This document shows positions 9,569 through 19,523 of a DNA stretch of 60,509 nt, one piece after another. Below the pieces are notes generated by a model. It saw nothing but the letters and a program-made list of their open reading frames with translations. It searched no databases and was not told the DNA's origin. Origin of the DNA: Verrucomicrobiia bacterium (GTDB taxonomy: Bacteria; Desulfobacterota; Binatia; UBA9968); NCBI GenBank assembly GCA_035637295.1, contig DASPXM010000285.1, forward strand, positions 1 through 60,509, read 5' to 3'. Numbering within the stretch: position 1 is the first letter of the stretch; each line of letters starts with the position of its first letter. Both the position numbers and the translations under genes were made by a program.

Positions 9569-10936
9569 GTGGAAAATGTCGTCCGCATAATCGGCGGCGG
9601 GCTGGCCGGCACGGAAGCAGCGTGGCAGCTTGCGCGGCGCGGTGTGGCCGTGGAACTTTTCGAAATGCGGCCGAAACGAATGACCGAGGCCCACGCGACG
9701 GAAAATCTCGCCGAGCTCGTCTGCAGCAATTCCTTTCGTTCTGGCTCATTGGCGGCGCCGGCGGGTTTGTTGAAAGCCGAAATGCGCCAGCTCGATTCTC
9801 TGGTGATTCGAAACGCAGAGGCGCACTCGGTGCCGGCGGGCTCCGCCTTGGCGGTGGACCGCGATTCGTTCAGTCGTTCCCTCACGGCAATCGTCGAGGC
9901 CTTACCATCCGTGCGGATTATGCGCGAAGAAATTCGGGAAATTCCCGCCAAGGGCGTCATTATACTTGCTACCGGCCCGTTAACCTCTCCGGCCTTGTCG
10001 CAGGATCTTGCCGCGCGGTTGGGCGAACATCATCTCTATTTTTATGACGCGATCTCGCCGATCGTCACGGCCGAGTCCATCGACCACAGCGTCGCTTTTC
10101 GCGCCTCGCGTTACGACAAGGGCGGCGATGATTATCTCAATTTGTCGATGTCGCGCGAAGAATACGATCGCTTCATCAACGCACTCCTTACTGCCGAACG
10201 CGTGCCGACTTACAGCTTCGAGCGCTTTGTGCCGTTTGAAGGCTGCATGGCCATCGAGGAAATGGCCGACCGCGGTAGGGATACGCTCGCGTTTGGTCCG
10301 ATGCGCGGGGTGGGGCTCAACGATCCGCGCACCGGCAAACGTCCCCACGCAGTCGTCCAACTACGCCAGGAAAACCGCGAAGAGTCGCTTTACAATCTGG
10401 TCGGCTGTCAAACCAAAATGACCTATCCCGAGCAGCGTCGCGTCTTCGCCTTGATTCCAGGGCTCGCTCGCGCGGAATTTGTTCGCTTGGGTAGTTTGCA
10501 CCGCAATACGTTTATTAATTCGCCGCAGCATCTTTTGCCGACTTTGCAATGGCGCCGGCGCGAGACGCTCTTTTTTGCCGGCCAGTTAACCGGGGTCGAG
10601 GGCTACATTGAATCCGCCGCCACTGGCCTGCTCGCCGGCATCAACGCCGCGAAACTGATTGCCGGCAATTCGCCGGTGGTGCCGCCGGCGACGACGGCGC
10701 TCGGTGCTTTGTTGCGGTACATCACCGACTCTGCGCGGAAGCACTTTCAGCCGATGAACGTGAATTTCGGTTTGATCCCGCCATTGATGGTGCGGCGGCA
10801 CGGCAGAGCGAAAAAGGAAATGATGTCACGCCGCGCCCTTGCAGACATGACCGCCTGGGCGAGGGAAAATGATGGTACGGCAACGCGACCACAGGGGGAC
10901 TTGGATTATGGCGCGCAAACGGTTGCAACTCGATGA
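9569..10936 (+). CDS. trmFO: methylenetetrahydrofolate--tRNA-(uracil-5)-methyltransferase TrmFO
   Basis: FAD-binding fold IIGGGLAGTEAAW and Gid/TrmFO blocks throughout. GTG start 4 nt after the topA stop. Confidence 0.92.
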   Translation: MENVVRIIGGGLAGTEAAWQLARRGVAVELFEMRPKRMTEAHATENLAELVCSNSFRSGSLAAPAGLLKAEMRQLDSLVIRNAEAHSVPAGSALAVDRDSFSRSLTAIVEALPSVRIMREEIREIPAKGVIILATGPLTSPALSQDLAARLGEHHLYFYDAISPIVTAESIDHSVAFRASRYDKGGDDYLNLSMSREEYDRFINALLTAERVPTYSFERFVPFEGCMAIEEMADRGRDTLAFGPMRGVGLNDPRTGKRPHAVVQLRQENREESLYNLVGCQTKMTYPEQRRVFALIPGLARAEFVRLGSLHRNTFINSPQHLLPTLQWRRRETLFFAGQLTGVEGYIESAATGLLAGINAAKLIAGNSPVVPPATTALGALLRYITDSARKHFQPMNVNFGLIPPLMVRRHGRAKKEMMSRRALADMTAWARENDGTATRPQGDLDYGAQTVATR

Positions 10937-11868
10937 GTCCACGACGAACGGCTTTCTTTGACGTCGGCACCAATACGATTCTTTGCCTGATCGCTGAAAT
11001 AAGAGACACCGGTCGCTTCCGAGTCTTGGACGATCTGGCGGAAATTACCCGGTTGGGCGAAGGCGTCGATCGCACCGGAGTGATCTCTCCGGAAGGCGAA
11101 CGGCGCAGCCTCGAAGTACTGAAGCGCTACCGTGATCACTGCAAAAATCTCGGCGTCGACGAAATCATCGCAGTCGGCACCAGCGCGTTGCGGGACGCGA
11201 AAAACAGCAGCGATGTGCGCATGCGTTTTCATGACAAACTCGGTATCGACATACGGGTCATCTCTGGCGATGAGGAAGCCGCGTACTCGTTCTTGGCGGC
11301 GCAGCGCGGACTTTCACTGTTTGGCAAAGGGCTGCTCGTCATCGATGTCGGCGGCGGCAGCACCGAGCTTATCCGCGGCAACGAGAATGGGGTATGCCAG
11401 GCCATCAGCATCGATCTCGGTTCCGTGCGGCTGACGGAGCGTTACCTCCCTGGCGATCCCGTGCGGCGCGAAGAAGTCCTTCACATGACCGAAGCGATCG
11501 ATCGAGAGCTATCCTCGTTAATGGAACACGGGATGCGAGCGAGCGCGAGGGTCACTCTCGTCGGCATAGCGGCGACTTTCACGACCTTGGCAGCGATCGA
11601 AAAAAAACTGGCACAATACTCTCACAGCCAAGTTCACGGCAGTATTCTGACTCTTGACGAAATACGCCGTCAGATCCGGCTGCTGCAAGAGCAGACTATC
11701 GCGGAACGAAAGCGCATCGTCGGGCTGGAGCCGAAAAGAGCCGACGTTATTTTTGCCGGGGCCTGTTTAATTGAACGGATCATGACCTTTTGGCATGCCG
11801 ATAGAGTGATCGTCAGTGATCAGGGTGTACGCTACGGCTTGCTACACGAAGCCGCAAGACTGCTATAA
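10933..11868 (+). CDS. Ppx/GppA family phosphatase
   Basis: ASKHA-fold motifs FDVGTNT and IDVGGGSTE. The ATGA overlap with trmFO suggests translational coupling. Confidence 0.85.
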   Translation: MSPRRTAFFDVGTNTILCLIAEIRDTGRFRVLDDLAEITRLGEGVDRTGVISPEGERRSLEVLKRYRDHCKNLGVDEIIAVGTSALRDAKNSSDVRMRFHDKLGIDIRVISGDEEAAYSFLAAQRGLSLFGKGLLVIDVGGGSTELIRGNENGVCQAISIDLGSVRLTERYLPGDPVRREEVLHMTEAIDRELSSLMEHGMRASARVTLVGIAATFTTLAAIEKKLAQYSHSQVHGSILTLDEIRRQIRLLQEQTIAERKRIVGLEPKRADVIFAGACLIERIMTFWHADRVIVSDQGVRYGLLHEAARLL

Positions 11869-11989
11869 AAACTGGTTGACATTTTCCGACGAATTGGAAA
11901 TGATTCGGCTTTCCTTTCGCGCAAGAGAGAATTATTAGAATGCAATCTTACTCAAAATGCCGACCTATTACGGAGGGAGGGGAAAGCGG

Positions 11990-12259
11990 ATGACCAAAGG
12001 AGAATTAATCGACGCCGTCGCCAAAACCGCTAAAATCAGCAAGGTTGCCGCGGGGGACGCGTTGGACGCGACTTTTGAAAATATCGGCAAAGCGATCAAA
12101 AAGAACAAGCGGTTTCAAGTTCCCGGCTTCGGGACATTCACAGTACGCTCACGCAAAGCCCGCAAAGGTAGAAATCCTCAGACCGGTGCCGCAATCAATA
12201 TCAAGGCAAGCCGCACCGTAGGATTCAAACCCGCCCCGGTCTTGAAAAAGGGGCTGTAA
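11990..12259 (+). CDS. hup: HU family DNA-binding protein
   Basis: MTKGELIDAVA ... FGTFTVRSRKARKGRNPQTG. ATG at 11990 is preceded by GGAGGGAGG. Confidence 0.92.
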   Translation: MTKGELIDAVAKTAKISKVAAGDALDATFENIGKAIKKNKRFQVPGFGTFTVRSRKARKGRNPQTGAAINIKASRTVGFKPAPVLKKGL

Positions 12260-12279
12260 TCTTTCCCGGTGATCCGCCG

Positions 12280-12314
12280 AGGCCACTGCGGAAAGCCGAG
12301 TGGCCTTTTTTTTT
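12280..12314 (+). terminator. Rho-independent terminator after hup
   Basis: GGCCACT (12281-12287) pairs with AGTGGCC (12299-12305) and is followed by a T9 run. Confidence 0.8.
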
Positions 12315-12322
12315 GGCCTGAC

Positions 12323-12351
12323 TTGATGACAAAGACCGAGGTACGTAAAAT
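12323..12351 (+). promoter_or_regulatory. candidate sigma-70 promoter for ilvE
   Basis: TTGATG-N17-TAAAAT. It would leave only a very short leader before the ATG at 12366. Confidence 0.35.
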
Positions 12352-12365
12352 AATCGAGACTTAGC

Positions 12366-13283
12366 ATGTCAATGAAAACTGAAAAAATTTGGTTCGATGG
12401 AAAGTTGATTCGTTGGGAAGACGCCAAAGTGCATGTGTTGGCCCATGCTCTGCACTACGGAACGGGGTATTTCGAAGGCATCCGTTGCTACGAGTTCGCC
12501 GACGGTCGCTCTGCCGTTTTTCGCCTGCAGGAACATATTCGCCGGCTCGCCGATTCCGGAAAGATCCTCGGATTTCCACTTCCCTATAGCGAAGAACAGT
12601 TGTGCAAAGCGACAATCGATGTCATTCGCGCCAACAAACTTACGGAATGCTACATTCGTCCCCTAGCGTTCGTCGGCCTGGGCGAATTGGGACTCTATGC
12701 GCCGAACAATCCGATCAATGTCTGCATAGCGGTCTGGCCGTGGGGCGCATATCTCGGCGACGAGGGGCTACAAAAGGGTATCCGTGCGAAAGTGTCATCG
12801 TTTACGCGCCATCACGTCAACGTGATGATGACCAAGAGCAAGACCGCGGGCAATTACATCAACTCGGTTTTGGCCAAGCATGAAGTCAAGAAAGCGGGCT
12901 ACGACGAAGCCATCATGCTCGACGCCGAAGGCTATGTTTCCGAAGCCAGTGGCGAGAACATTTTCATTGTTCGTGACCGCAAGATCAAAACTACGCCACT
13001 GACCTCGATCTTGCCGGGCATCACCAGGGACTCGATCATTACGGTGGCTCGGGACAAAGGGTATGAGCTGGTTGAAGAGCGCTTTACCAGAGATGAACTT
13101 TACATCGCCGACGAAGCCTTTTTGACCGGCACGGCGGCGGAGTTAACGCCGATTCGTGAAGTGGACGACCGACTCATCGGTGCCGGTCGTCGCGGTGTGG
13201 TGACCGAAGATCTTCAGACAACTTTCTTCGATATTATAAAAGGGAAGAACGGCAAGTACGAAAAGTGGCTCGCCTTTCTCTAA
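12366..13283 (+). CDS. ilvE: branched-chain amino acid aminotransferase
   Basis: Class IV aminotransferase blocks: [32 protein letters not shown]. Confidence 0.92.
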   Translation: MSMKTEKIWFDGKLIRWEDAKVHVLAHALHYGTGYFEGIRCYEFADGRSAVFRLQEHIRRLADSGKILGFPLPYSEEQLCKATIDVIRANKLTECYIRPLAFVGLGELGLYAPNNPINVCIAVWPWGAYLGDEGLQKGIRAKVSSFTRHHVNVMMTKSKTAGNYINSVLAKHEVKKAGYDEAIMLDAEGYVSEASGENIFIVRDRKIKTTPLTSILPGITRDSIITVARDKGYELVEERFTRDELYIADEAFLTGTAAELTPIREVDDRLIGAGRRGVVTEDLQTTFFDIIKGKNGKYEKWLAFL

Positions 13284-13341
13284 ATTAGGGAGTGACGACG
13301 GGGGTTTCGTTAAACCTGGTCTCGCCGATCGTCTAAAAACA

Positions 13342-13719
13342 GTGGCAATGACGGAGTCTTTGGATCCGACGTTACGCGTGGCCATGTTGCCGCGAGATAC
13401 TAACTCGCACGGCACTATTTTCGGAGGCGTGATCCTGAGCGATATCGACTTAGCGGGAGGCATCGCTGCTTCACGGCAAGCATCGAGAAAGTTTGTCACC
13501 CGGGCGATGCGCGAAGTCGAGTTTATTGCGCCCGTGTATGTCGGAGATGTGGTGAGCTTTTATACCTCGGTGATACGCCAGGGAACGACCTCGGTCACGG
13601 TTAGAGTCAGCGTCGAAGCCGAACGCGGGAAGGAGCCTCAACATCGCGTCAAAGTGACGGAAGCCGAGGTCATTTACGTCGCGGTCGACGAGAGCGGTAG
13701 ACCGATACCATTAGGGTAA
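13342..13719 (+). CDS. acyl-CoA thioesterase (hotdog fold, YciA-like)
   Basis: [23 protein letters not shown] motif and a size typical of the family. Confidence 0.8.
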   Translation: MAMTESLDPTLRVAMLPRDTNSHGTIFGGVILSDIDLAGGIAASRQASRKFVTRAMREVEFIAPVYVGDVVSFYTSVIRQGTTSVTVRVSVEAERGKEPQHRVKVTEAEVIYVAVDESGRPIPLG

Positions 13720-13725
13720 ACGATC

Positions 13726-14574
13726 TTGGAGCGAAACATCCCACTCGTGTTGCTCTTCTCGCTGGCCGTGCTGGTGGCGGCCGCCTGCCGCGTTTATGCG
13801 GCAGATCCCACAACGGCGCAAGAGCCGAAGCAGCCGTGCTGTAGGCAAGACGGCGGGGAGATCGCCCGATTGCTCAAAAACGCCGACCGACTCTACGGCC
13901 AATTCAAGCCCCAGGAAGCCGTCGGTGAATTGCATAAAATACTCCGGCTCGACGGATACAATTTTGAAGCGCTGGTCAAGCTCGCGCGCGCTCATATCGA
14001 TATCGGCGACCGGATTCCAGAAGACGGTTCCGAAGCGAAGGAGCGACGGCTCAAAGAATACGCTGTCGCCGAAGACTATGCCCGCAAGGCGGTCAAAGTG
14101 GATCCCGCTTCGACTTGGGGGCATTTCTGGGTGGCCGCGTCAGTGGGCAATATCGCCTTGGTCTCACCGATTTCAAAACAAGTGGAGCTTGCCGGCGAGA
14201 TTCGCGAACAGGTCGAAAAGGCGATCGCTTTAGATCCGAATAATGGGTCGGCATACCACATTTACGGTCTGTGGCATCGCAAGATGGCTGAGATCGGCCG
14301 GGCGAGCCGGGCGGTGGCTTCGGTGCTTTACGGCCGTTCGTTGCCCAGCGGGAGCTTGGAGAAGTCGATCGACTACTTCAGAAAAGCGGTGGCACTTAAC
14401 CCCACGGTGATTGTCTCTCGTTTGGAGCTGGCGCGCAGCCACGTTGCCAGGGAGGAATGGGAGCCGGCGCGAGCGGTGCTAAGGTCGATTCCGGAACTGC
14501 CGATCCAGTTCTCCGACGACGCCAAACACAAACAAAAGGCCGAGCAGCTACTGGACGAGATCAAGGACCGGTAG
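13726..14574 (+). CDS. secreted TPR-like repeat protein
   Basis: N-terminal signal peptide and all-helical TPR-like repeats. TTG start as given in the track. Confidence 0.5.
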   Translation: MERNIPLVLLFSLAVLVAAACRVYAADPTTAQEPKQPCCRQDGGEIARLLKNADRLYGQFKPQEAVGELHKILRLDGYNFEALVKLARAHIDIGDRIPEDGSEAKERRLKEYAVAEDYARKAVKVDPASTWGHFWVAASVGNIALVSPISKQVELAGEIREQVEKAIALDPNNGSAYHIYGLWHRKMAEIGRASRAVASVLYGRSLPSGSLEKSIDYFRKAVALNPTVIVSRLELARSHVAREEWEPARAVLRSIPELPIQFSDDAKHKQKAEQLLDEIKDR

Positions 14575-15409
14575 CGTGACAACCGTCACCGCCGTTCTGT
14601 TTCAGAAACTGAACCGCCTGCTCTTTAATCTCGCGTACTGGCAACCAGTGGCCATGCTCCGGAAACAATATCAAGCGATGCGGTTTGGCAAAGCTTTGCA
14701 GTTGATCGCGCAGCAGCGTCGCCTGCAAAACCGGGATGAGCGTGTCCTGCGCCCCATGCAGGATCAGTGTCGATGACGGCCAACTGGAGACCTCCGGCAG
14801 CAAGTTGTAAAGTTGCGGCTCGGCTTCGCCGCTCGGGTTGAGCAATTGGCGCAACCAAAAACTGGAAGTGTCACGGTAGAGCCGTGGCAGATCGTAGGCG
14901 CCAGAATGAAGCAGCGCGCCTTTGACATCGTCGATCCGGTTGATCAGCCCGGCCGCTACCACCGCGCCGCGAGAAAATCCATAGACGTAGAGCCGTTTGG
15001 CGTCAATCCAGGGTAGCTGTTTGGCCGTCGCGATGCCGTCGAGAACCACTTGGCGGGTTGTTTCCGCCAGCGGTCCGGCTGAAGTTTTCGTATCACCATA
15101 ACCAGGTAAAGAGACCGCAAGCCCGGCAAAACAAAGTTCGCGCGCAAAGATGTCAGCTGCGGGTAAGACTCGCTTAGCGCCCACGCCGGTCCAACTATGA
15201 CCGTGCAGCAGGACCATCAGCGGAAATGGGCCAGCGCCGCGAGGACGGACCAGATATGCTTCAGCTTTGCCCCCCGAACTGGGGTAGAGAAAGCGCGCGG
15301 CGGCGCCCTCGGGAAGCGATCGAAGCTCTGCCAGCGGCACGGATGGGACGGCGGCGCAGCCAACCAGAAATAGACCACCAATTCCTGCCAAAAGAGCGTG
15401 CTGATTCAC
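14561..15409 (-). CDS. alpha/beta hydrolase (dienelactone hydrolase / S9 peptidase-like), secreted
   Basis: Signal peptide, nucleophile elbow GFSRGA and C-terminal D/H residues. Its 3' end overlaps the convergent upstream gene by 14 nt. Confidence 0.75.
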   Translation of the reverse strand: MNQHALLAGIGGLFLVGCAAVPSVPLAELRSLPEGAAARFLYPSSGGKAEAYLVRPRGAGPFPLMVLLHGHSWTGVGAKRVLPAADIFARELCFAGLAVSLPGYGDTKTSAGPLAETTRQVVLDGIATAKQLPWIDAKRLYVYGFSRGAVVAAGLINRIDDVKGALLHSGAYDLPRLYRDTSSFWLRQLLNPSGEAEPQLYNLLPEVSSWPSSTLILHGAQDTLIPVLQATLLRDQLQSFAKPHRLILFPEHGHWLPVREIKEQAVQFLKQNGGDGCHATGP

Positions 15410-15481
15410 CGTCGTTTACCTAACATTCTTAGTGGCAAAACCAAAACGTTTGCACCCCTCGGCCGCTTTCAGTATCAATGA

Positions 15482-16405
15482 ATGCTGGCGATGACGAGAC
15501 ATCTACTGCGGCGATATTTTGCGCTTCTGCTGACGCTGTCGCTGTTTGCGTGTGGCGATGCCGGCAAGGCGAGCAAAACCTTGCGCGTCGGTTTTGTCCC
15601 GGCCGAAGACGCCCAGCAGGTCATGCAGAACGCGCAGCCGATCGTCGAGATTTTGCGCCAACAACTAGCTATGGAAATCCAGCCCTTCGTGGCGACGGAC
15701 TACACGGGGATCGTCGAGGCGCTGCGGGTCAACAAACTGGATGTCGCATTTCTTGCGCCTGCTTCTTACGTGCTGGCGAAAAGCGAGGCCAATATTAAAG
15801 TGATCCTAAAATCCGAGCGAAAGGGCATTCCCTACTATTACGCCGCGATCATTACGCGGGCCGATAGCGGCATCAAAAATCTCGATGATTTACGTGGCAA
15901 GACCTTTGCGTTTGGCGATTCGCTGTCGACCACGGGCAACGTGATCCCGCGGAAAATGTTCAAAGAGCGTGGCATTGATCCGGTGCGCGACTTCAAGCAA
16001 ATCCTTTACTCCGGCGGCCACGATGCTACCGTGCTGGCCGTGTTAAACCGTAAGGTCGATGCTGGTGCAACTTATGCCAATTCGCCCGATGGCGAGGATA
16101 GCGCCTGGATGCGCTACCTGAAGAATCCCGAGGACGTGAAAAGGATTCGCGCCATCGCTTTTTCCGAGCCGATCCCTGCGGATAACCTCGTCATCAGCGC
16201 CAATCTCGACGAACGGATTGCCAAGAAAATCGAAACTATATTCATTGAGCTCAGCCGGGACCCTAAAGGAAAAAAGATGCTGCGAGATCTCTATCAGATC
16301 GACGGGTTCGTGCCCGCGACCGACAAGGATTACGACTCCGTGCGTCGCGCTTTCGTCGATGCCGGTATCCGTATAAAAGACGCGCTACAAAAAAAGCGAC
16401 CGTGA
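15482..16405 (+). CDS. phnD: phosphonate/phosphite ABC transporter substrate-binding lipoprotein
   Basis: Lipobox LSLFAC and PhnD-type blocks (LRVGFVPAED, GKTFAFGDSLSTTG). Confidence 0.85.
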   Translation: MLAMTRHLLRRYFALLLTLSLFACGDAGKASKTLRVGFVPAEDAQQVMQNAQPIVEILRQQLAMEIQPFVATDYTGIVEALRVNKLDVAFLAPASYVLAKSEANIKVILKSERKGIPYYYAAIITRADSGIKNLDDLRGKTFAFGDSLSTTGNVIPRKMFKERGIDPVRDFKQILYSGGHDATVLAVLNRKVDAGATYANSPDGEDSAWMRYLKNPEDVKRIRAIAFSEPIPADNLVISANLDERIAKKIETIFIELSRDPKGKKMLRDLYQIDGFVPATDKDYDSVRRAFVDAGIRIKDALQKKRP

Positions 16406-17181
16406 CTATTCTTGAGGTCAAGGAGCTGCGTCAATCCTATCACGGCAGCTCTCCGGTATTGCGCGGCGTAAGTTTCAGGGTTGATAAAGGAGAATTCGTC
16501 GGGGTGATCGGCGTGAGCGGCGCAGGAAAATCGACGTTGCTGCGATGTATCAATCGCCTTATCAATGCCACTGCTGGTGAGATCCTGGTTCCCAGCGCGC
16601 TTTTGAGCGGGGAAACGAAAGGCCCACCCATCGATATCTTGAAACTCAACGCCGGCGATCTGCGCGCGTTACGGCGAAAAATCGGCATGATCTTTCAGCA
16701 GTTCAACATCGTAAAGCGATTGTCCGTCATCGAAAATGTTCTCTCCGGCGGGCTCGGTTACCAGCCCGCGGTAACAAGCGTGCTGAGGATGTTTAGCCGT
16801 GAAGAAAGACGCCACGCGCTGGTCAACCTCAAACGCGTTGGCCTGCTCGAGTATGCCTACAAGCGGGCCGACGAGTTGAGCGGCGGGGAGCAGCAGCGCG
16901 TCGCCATTGCGCGGACATTGATGCAGGAGCCGGTGATTATTCTCGCCGACGAGCCGGTGTCCAGTCTCGACCCTACGCTGTCACGAGTCGTGCTCGATAT
17001 TCTTAAACGGGTCTGCCGCGAAGACGGCATCACCGCGGTGGTGAGCTTGCACGCGCTCGAATTAACCCGGCTGTACGCCGACCGTGTTATCGGCCTTAAG
17101 CAAGGCCAGATTTTTTTTGACGGTCCGACCGAGAAGCTGACCGACGCAGTGGTCGATTCGGTGTATCAACGCAGGGATTGA
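16402..17181 (+). CDS. phnC: phosphonate ABC transporter ATP-binding protein
   Basis: Walker A GVSGAGKST, signature LSGGEQQR, Walker B ILADEP. GTGA overlap with phnD. Confidence 0.9.
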   Translation: MTILEVKELRQSYHGSSPVLRGVSFRVDKGEFVGVIGVSGAGKSTLLRCINRLINATAGEILVPSALLSGETKGPPIDILKLNAGDLRALRRKIGMIFQQFNIVKRLSVIENVLSGGLGYQPAVTSVLRMFSREERRHALVNLKRVGLLEYAYKRADELSGGEQQRVAIARTLMQEPVIILADEPVSSLDPTLSRVVLDILKRVCREDGITAVVSLHALELTRLYADRVIGLKQGQIFFDGPTEKLTDAVVDSVYQRRD

Positions 17182-17364
17182 AGTGAGCGACCTGATTCTT
17201 TGAGCATCCTAAGTACATAACGATAGCCACGGCTATTATTTTTCAATGCCGCGCCAAGCGAAAATGTCGAGATCATTGACCCTGAGTTAGACGCTTAGTG
17301 ATCGCTCAGGGCGACCTTGATGGCCATAGATCGCTTTCAGGGAAATTATAGATAGGAGACGACT

Positions 17365-18303
17365 TTGGCCCAACGAACACATAGAGCCGAACTGCCAGAT
17401 ATATTTGCCGAGGCGCCAGCAGTGCCACGACATCGCAAACAGTTTTTCATTGGCATCATTGCGGGCTTATTTCTCCTAACGTGGTCCTTTCAGGGAGCCA
17501 AAATCCGCCCGGGAGAACTGCTCGAAGGGATACCCCAAATTTTTCTCACGCTCGGTCGCATGTTGCCGCCGGATTTTTCAAAGATCACTGAAAGTAAAAA
17601 CTACTTCGTACCCGACAACATCACGCCGACCGAGCTCTTGCTGCCCTTGCCGCTGGGAGAGTCCGCTCAGCAAGCGCGACAACGCTGGTGGAACAACACC
17701 TTTCCTCAAACCGTAGCCGGCGCAACGCTGGAGACGGTGCAGATGGCGCTGGCAGGAACTTTTCTGGCGCTCGTGGTCGCCTTTCCTATCGGGTTCTTGG
17801 CGGCGCATAACACCACGCCCCACCCGATCGTGTATTACGGCGTGCGCGCGGCACTGAATTTCGTGCGCACGATTCCCGACCTGGCGCTCGGGCTTTTGTT
17901 TGTCGCGGCGGTCGGACTCGGGGCGTTCGCGGGAACCCTGGCGTTGGCGATTCACACCGCGACGGTGCTCGGCAAGTTGCTTTCCGAATCCGTGGAAAAT
18001 ATCGACGAAGGAGTCGTCGAAGCGATCCGCGCTACTGGTGCCGGCTATGCGCAGATTCTTTCCTTCGCCGTGCTGCCGCAGGTCTTGCCCGATTTAATTT
18101 CTTTCTCATTGTACCGCCTCGAGACCAATATACGCGCCGCGTCGGTTCTCGGTCTCATTGGCGCCGGTGGTATCGGCTACCTGATGAACACGAGCTTTCG
18201 CACGTTCCAGTATCAAGAAGCGGCGGCCATCGTGCTGGTTCTGATCGGGCTCGTGATGCTAGTAGACTATCTCAGCTCGCGTCTCAGAAATCTCGTGGTT
18301 TAG
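17365..18303 (+). CDS. phnE: phosphonate ABC transporter permease
   Basis: Multi-TM permease with a PhnE-type EAA loop (EAIRATGAGYAQIL). TTG start preceded by AGGAG. Confidence 0.85.
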   Translation: MAQRTHRAELPDIFAEAPAVPRHRKQFFIGIIAGLFLLTWSFQGAKIRPGELLEGIPQIFLTLGRMLPPDFSKITESKNYFVPDNITPTELLLPLPLGESAQQARQRWWNNTFPQTVAGATLETVQMALAGTFLALVVAFPIGFLAAHNTTPHPIVYYGVRAALNFVRTIPDLALGLLFVAAVGLGAFAGTLALAIHTATVLGKLLSESVENIDEGVVEAIRATGAGYAQILSFAVLPQVLPDLISFSLYRLETNIRAASVLGLIGAGGIGYLMNTSFRTFQYQEAAAIVLVLIGLVMLVDYLSSRLRNLVV

Positions 18304-18587
18304 TTGTTAAATGTAGCCACCAGCGCGCGGGACGGTCATCCGAGCACAAAGGCAGCCCGAATCGGCCCGGGTCCATACGGGTCGTCTCAGACTCCTCTTG
18401 CCATTTCAAACCCGACACCAGTCGAACAACGCTGTTGGCGCTTCGACGGCTGGGCGAAGTGGCCAGCCTATGGGTTACGGCTTTGTCCATTCCACGGCAG
18501 AAACGGTACGGCACGCTGAAATCTTCACCGCACCGGCATGGCGAGACTTAGCCCCGCTTGCTTCAGCTTTCTCTTCATTTGTCACTG

Positions 18588-18621
18588 TGATGGCGATCAA
18601 CGCCGTCATGGACATTTTTTT
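18588..18621 (+). terminator. terminator-like hairpin plus T7 run
   Basis: TGATGGCG-ATCAA-CGCCGTCA, then a 6-nt spacer and TTTTTTT (18615-18621). It closes the unexplained 18304-18659 non-coding stretch. Confidence 0.4.
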
Positions 18622-18659
18622 GGGCCATGTGATAATCTCGCCGAGGAGCGATTTCATCA

Positions 18660-19511
18660 ATGATACGTACCGTTGGTTTAGTGGCAAAGTACCAAGAACC
18701 GAAAGCTACCCAGATGGTTCGTTGGCTGATTCCGTGGCTTAAGAAACGGGGAAAAAAAGTTTACGTCGAAAACGGCCTCGCGCACGCAGGAGCGCAGTCA
18801 TGTAGCAAGAAACAGATGGCGATGAAAGCCGATCTCATTGTTTCCCTCGGCGGTGACGGCACTTTGCTCAATATTGCGCCGCTAGTGGAACGGCCCGAGG
18901 TGCCGATTCTCGGAGTGAATCTAGGCGGGTTGGGTTTTATTACTGAAGTCGCGATCGATGAGCTGGAATCGGTTCTGAGCGAGACCCTAGAGGGCGATTA
19001 CGAAGTTGAAAAACGCATGACGCTCGAGATCCGTGTCATGGGCAAGAAAGGCCGCCAGCATAAGTTCCGCGTGCTGAACGACGCGGTGATCGCCAAGGGA
19101 GCGCGCAGTCGAATTATCGATTTGGAGACCTATATCGGTGACGATTATCTGTGCACCTACCGAGCGGACGGACTGATTATTTCGACGCCGACGGGCTCCA
19201 CGGCCTATTCACTGGCCGCGGCAGGGCCGATTCTCGAGCCGACGCTCGGGGCCATGGTGCTTTCACCCATCTGTCCGCACACGTTGACCAACCGGCCCAT
19301 CGTCGTGCCGAGCAACGCGGCGATTCGCGTTACGCTCCGTTCTTTCGGCGACACCGTTATTTTGATTCCCGACGGACAGCAGGGTGTACGGCTGAACAAC
19401 GGTGATAAAGTGGAAGCTCGTGATTACGGCATGCCGGTTTCGCTGATCAAGCTTTCCTCGCGCAGTTACTACGAGATCCTGCGTGAAAAACTGAAATGGG
19501 GAGAGCGCTAA
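18660..19511 (+). CDS. nadK: NAD(+) kinase
   Basis: GGDGT motif (SLGGDGTLL) and conserved C-terminal TPTGSTAYSLAAGGP-type block. Confidence 0.93.
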   Translation: MIRTVGLVAKYQEPKATQMVRWLIPWLKKRGKKVYVENGLAHAGAQSCSKKQMAMKADLIVSLGGDGTLLNIAPLVERPEVPILGVNLGGLGFITEVAIDELESVLSETLEGDYEVEKRMTLEIRVMGKKGRQHKFRVLNDAVIAKGARSRIIDLETYIGDDYLCTYRADGLIISTPTGSTAYSLAAAGPILEPTLGAMVLSPICPHTLTNRPIVVPSNAAIRVTLRSFGDTVILIPDGQQGVRLNNGDKVEARDYGMPVSLIKLSSRSYYEILREKLKWGER

Positions 19512-19523
19512 TAACGCCGGGCT

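Noticed and set aside
18304-18620. RNase P RNA, tmRNA, SRP RNA or a cobalamin riboswitch in the phnE-nadK spacer.
   Set aside because: The universal signatures are absent on both strands: GGAAAGUCCGGGC and ACAGAA.CCGGCUUA for RNase P, the tRNA-like CCA end for tmRNA, the GGAA tetraloop helix 8 for SRP, and the B12 box.
18475-18687. 70-aa minus-strand ORF (…MSMTALIAITVTNEEKAEASGAKSRHAGAV…) as a possible small peptide or RiPP precursor.
   Set aside because: It has no RBS and no neighbouring maturation genes, it overlaps the nadK start, and its composition is unremarkable.
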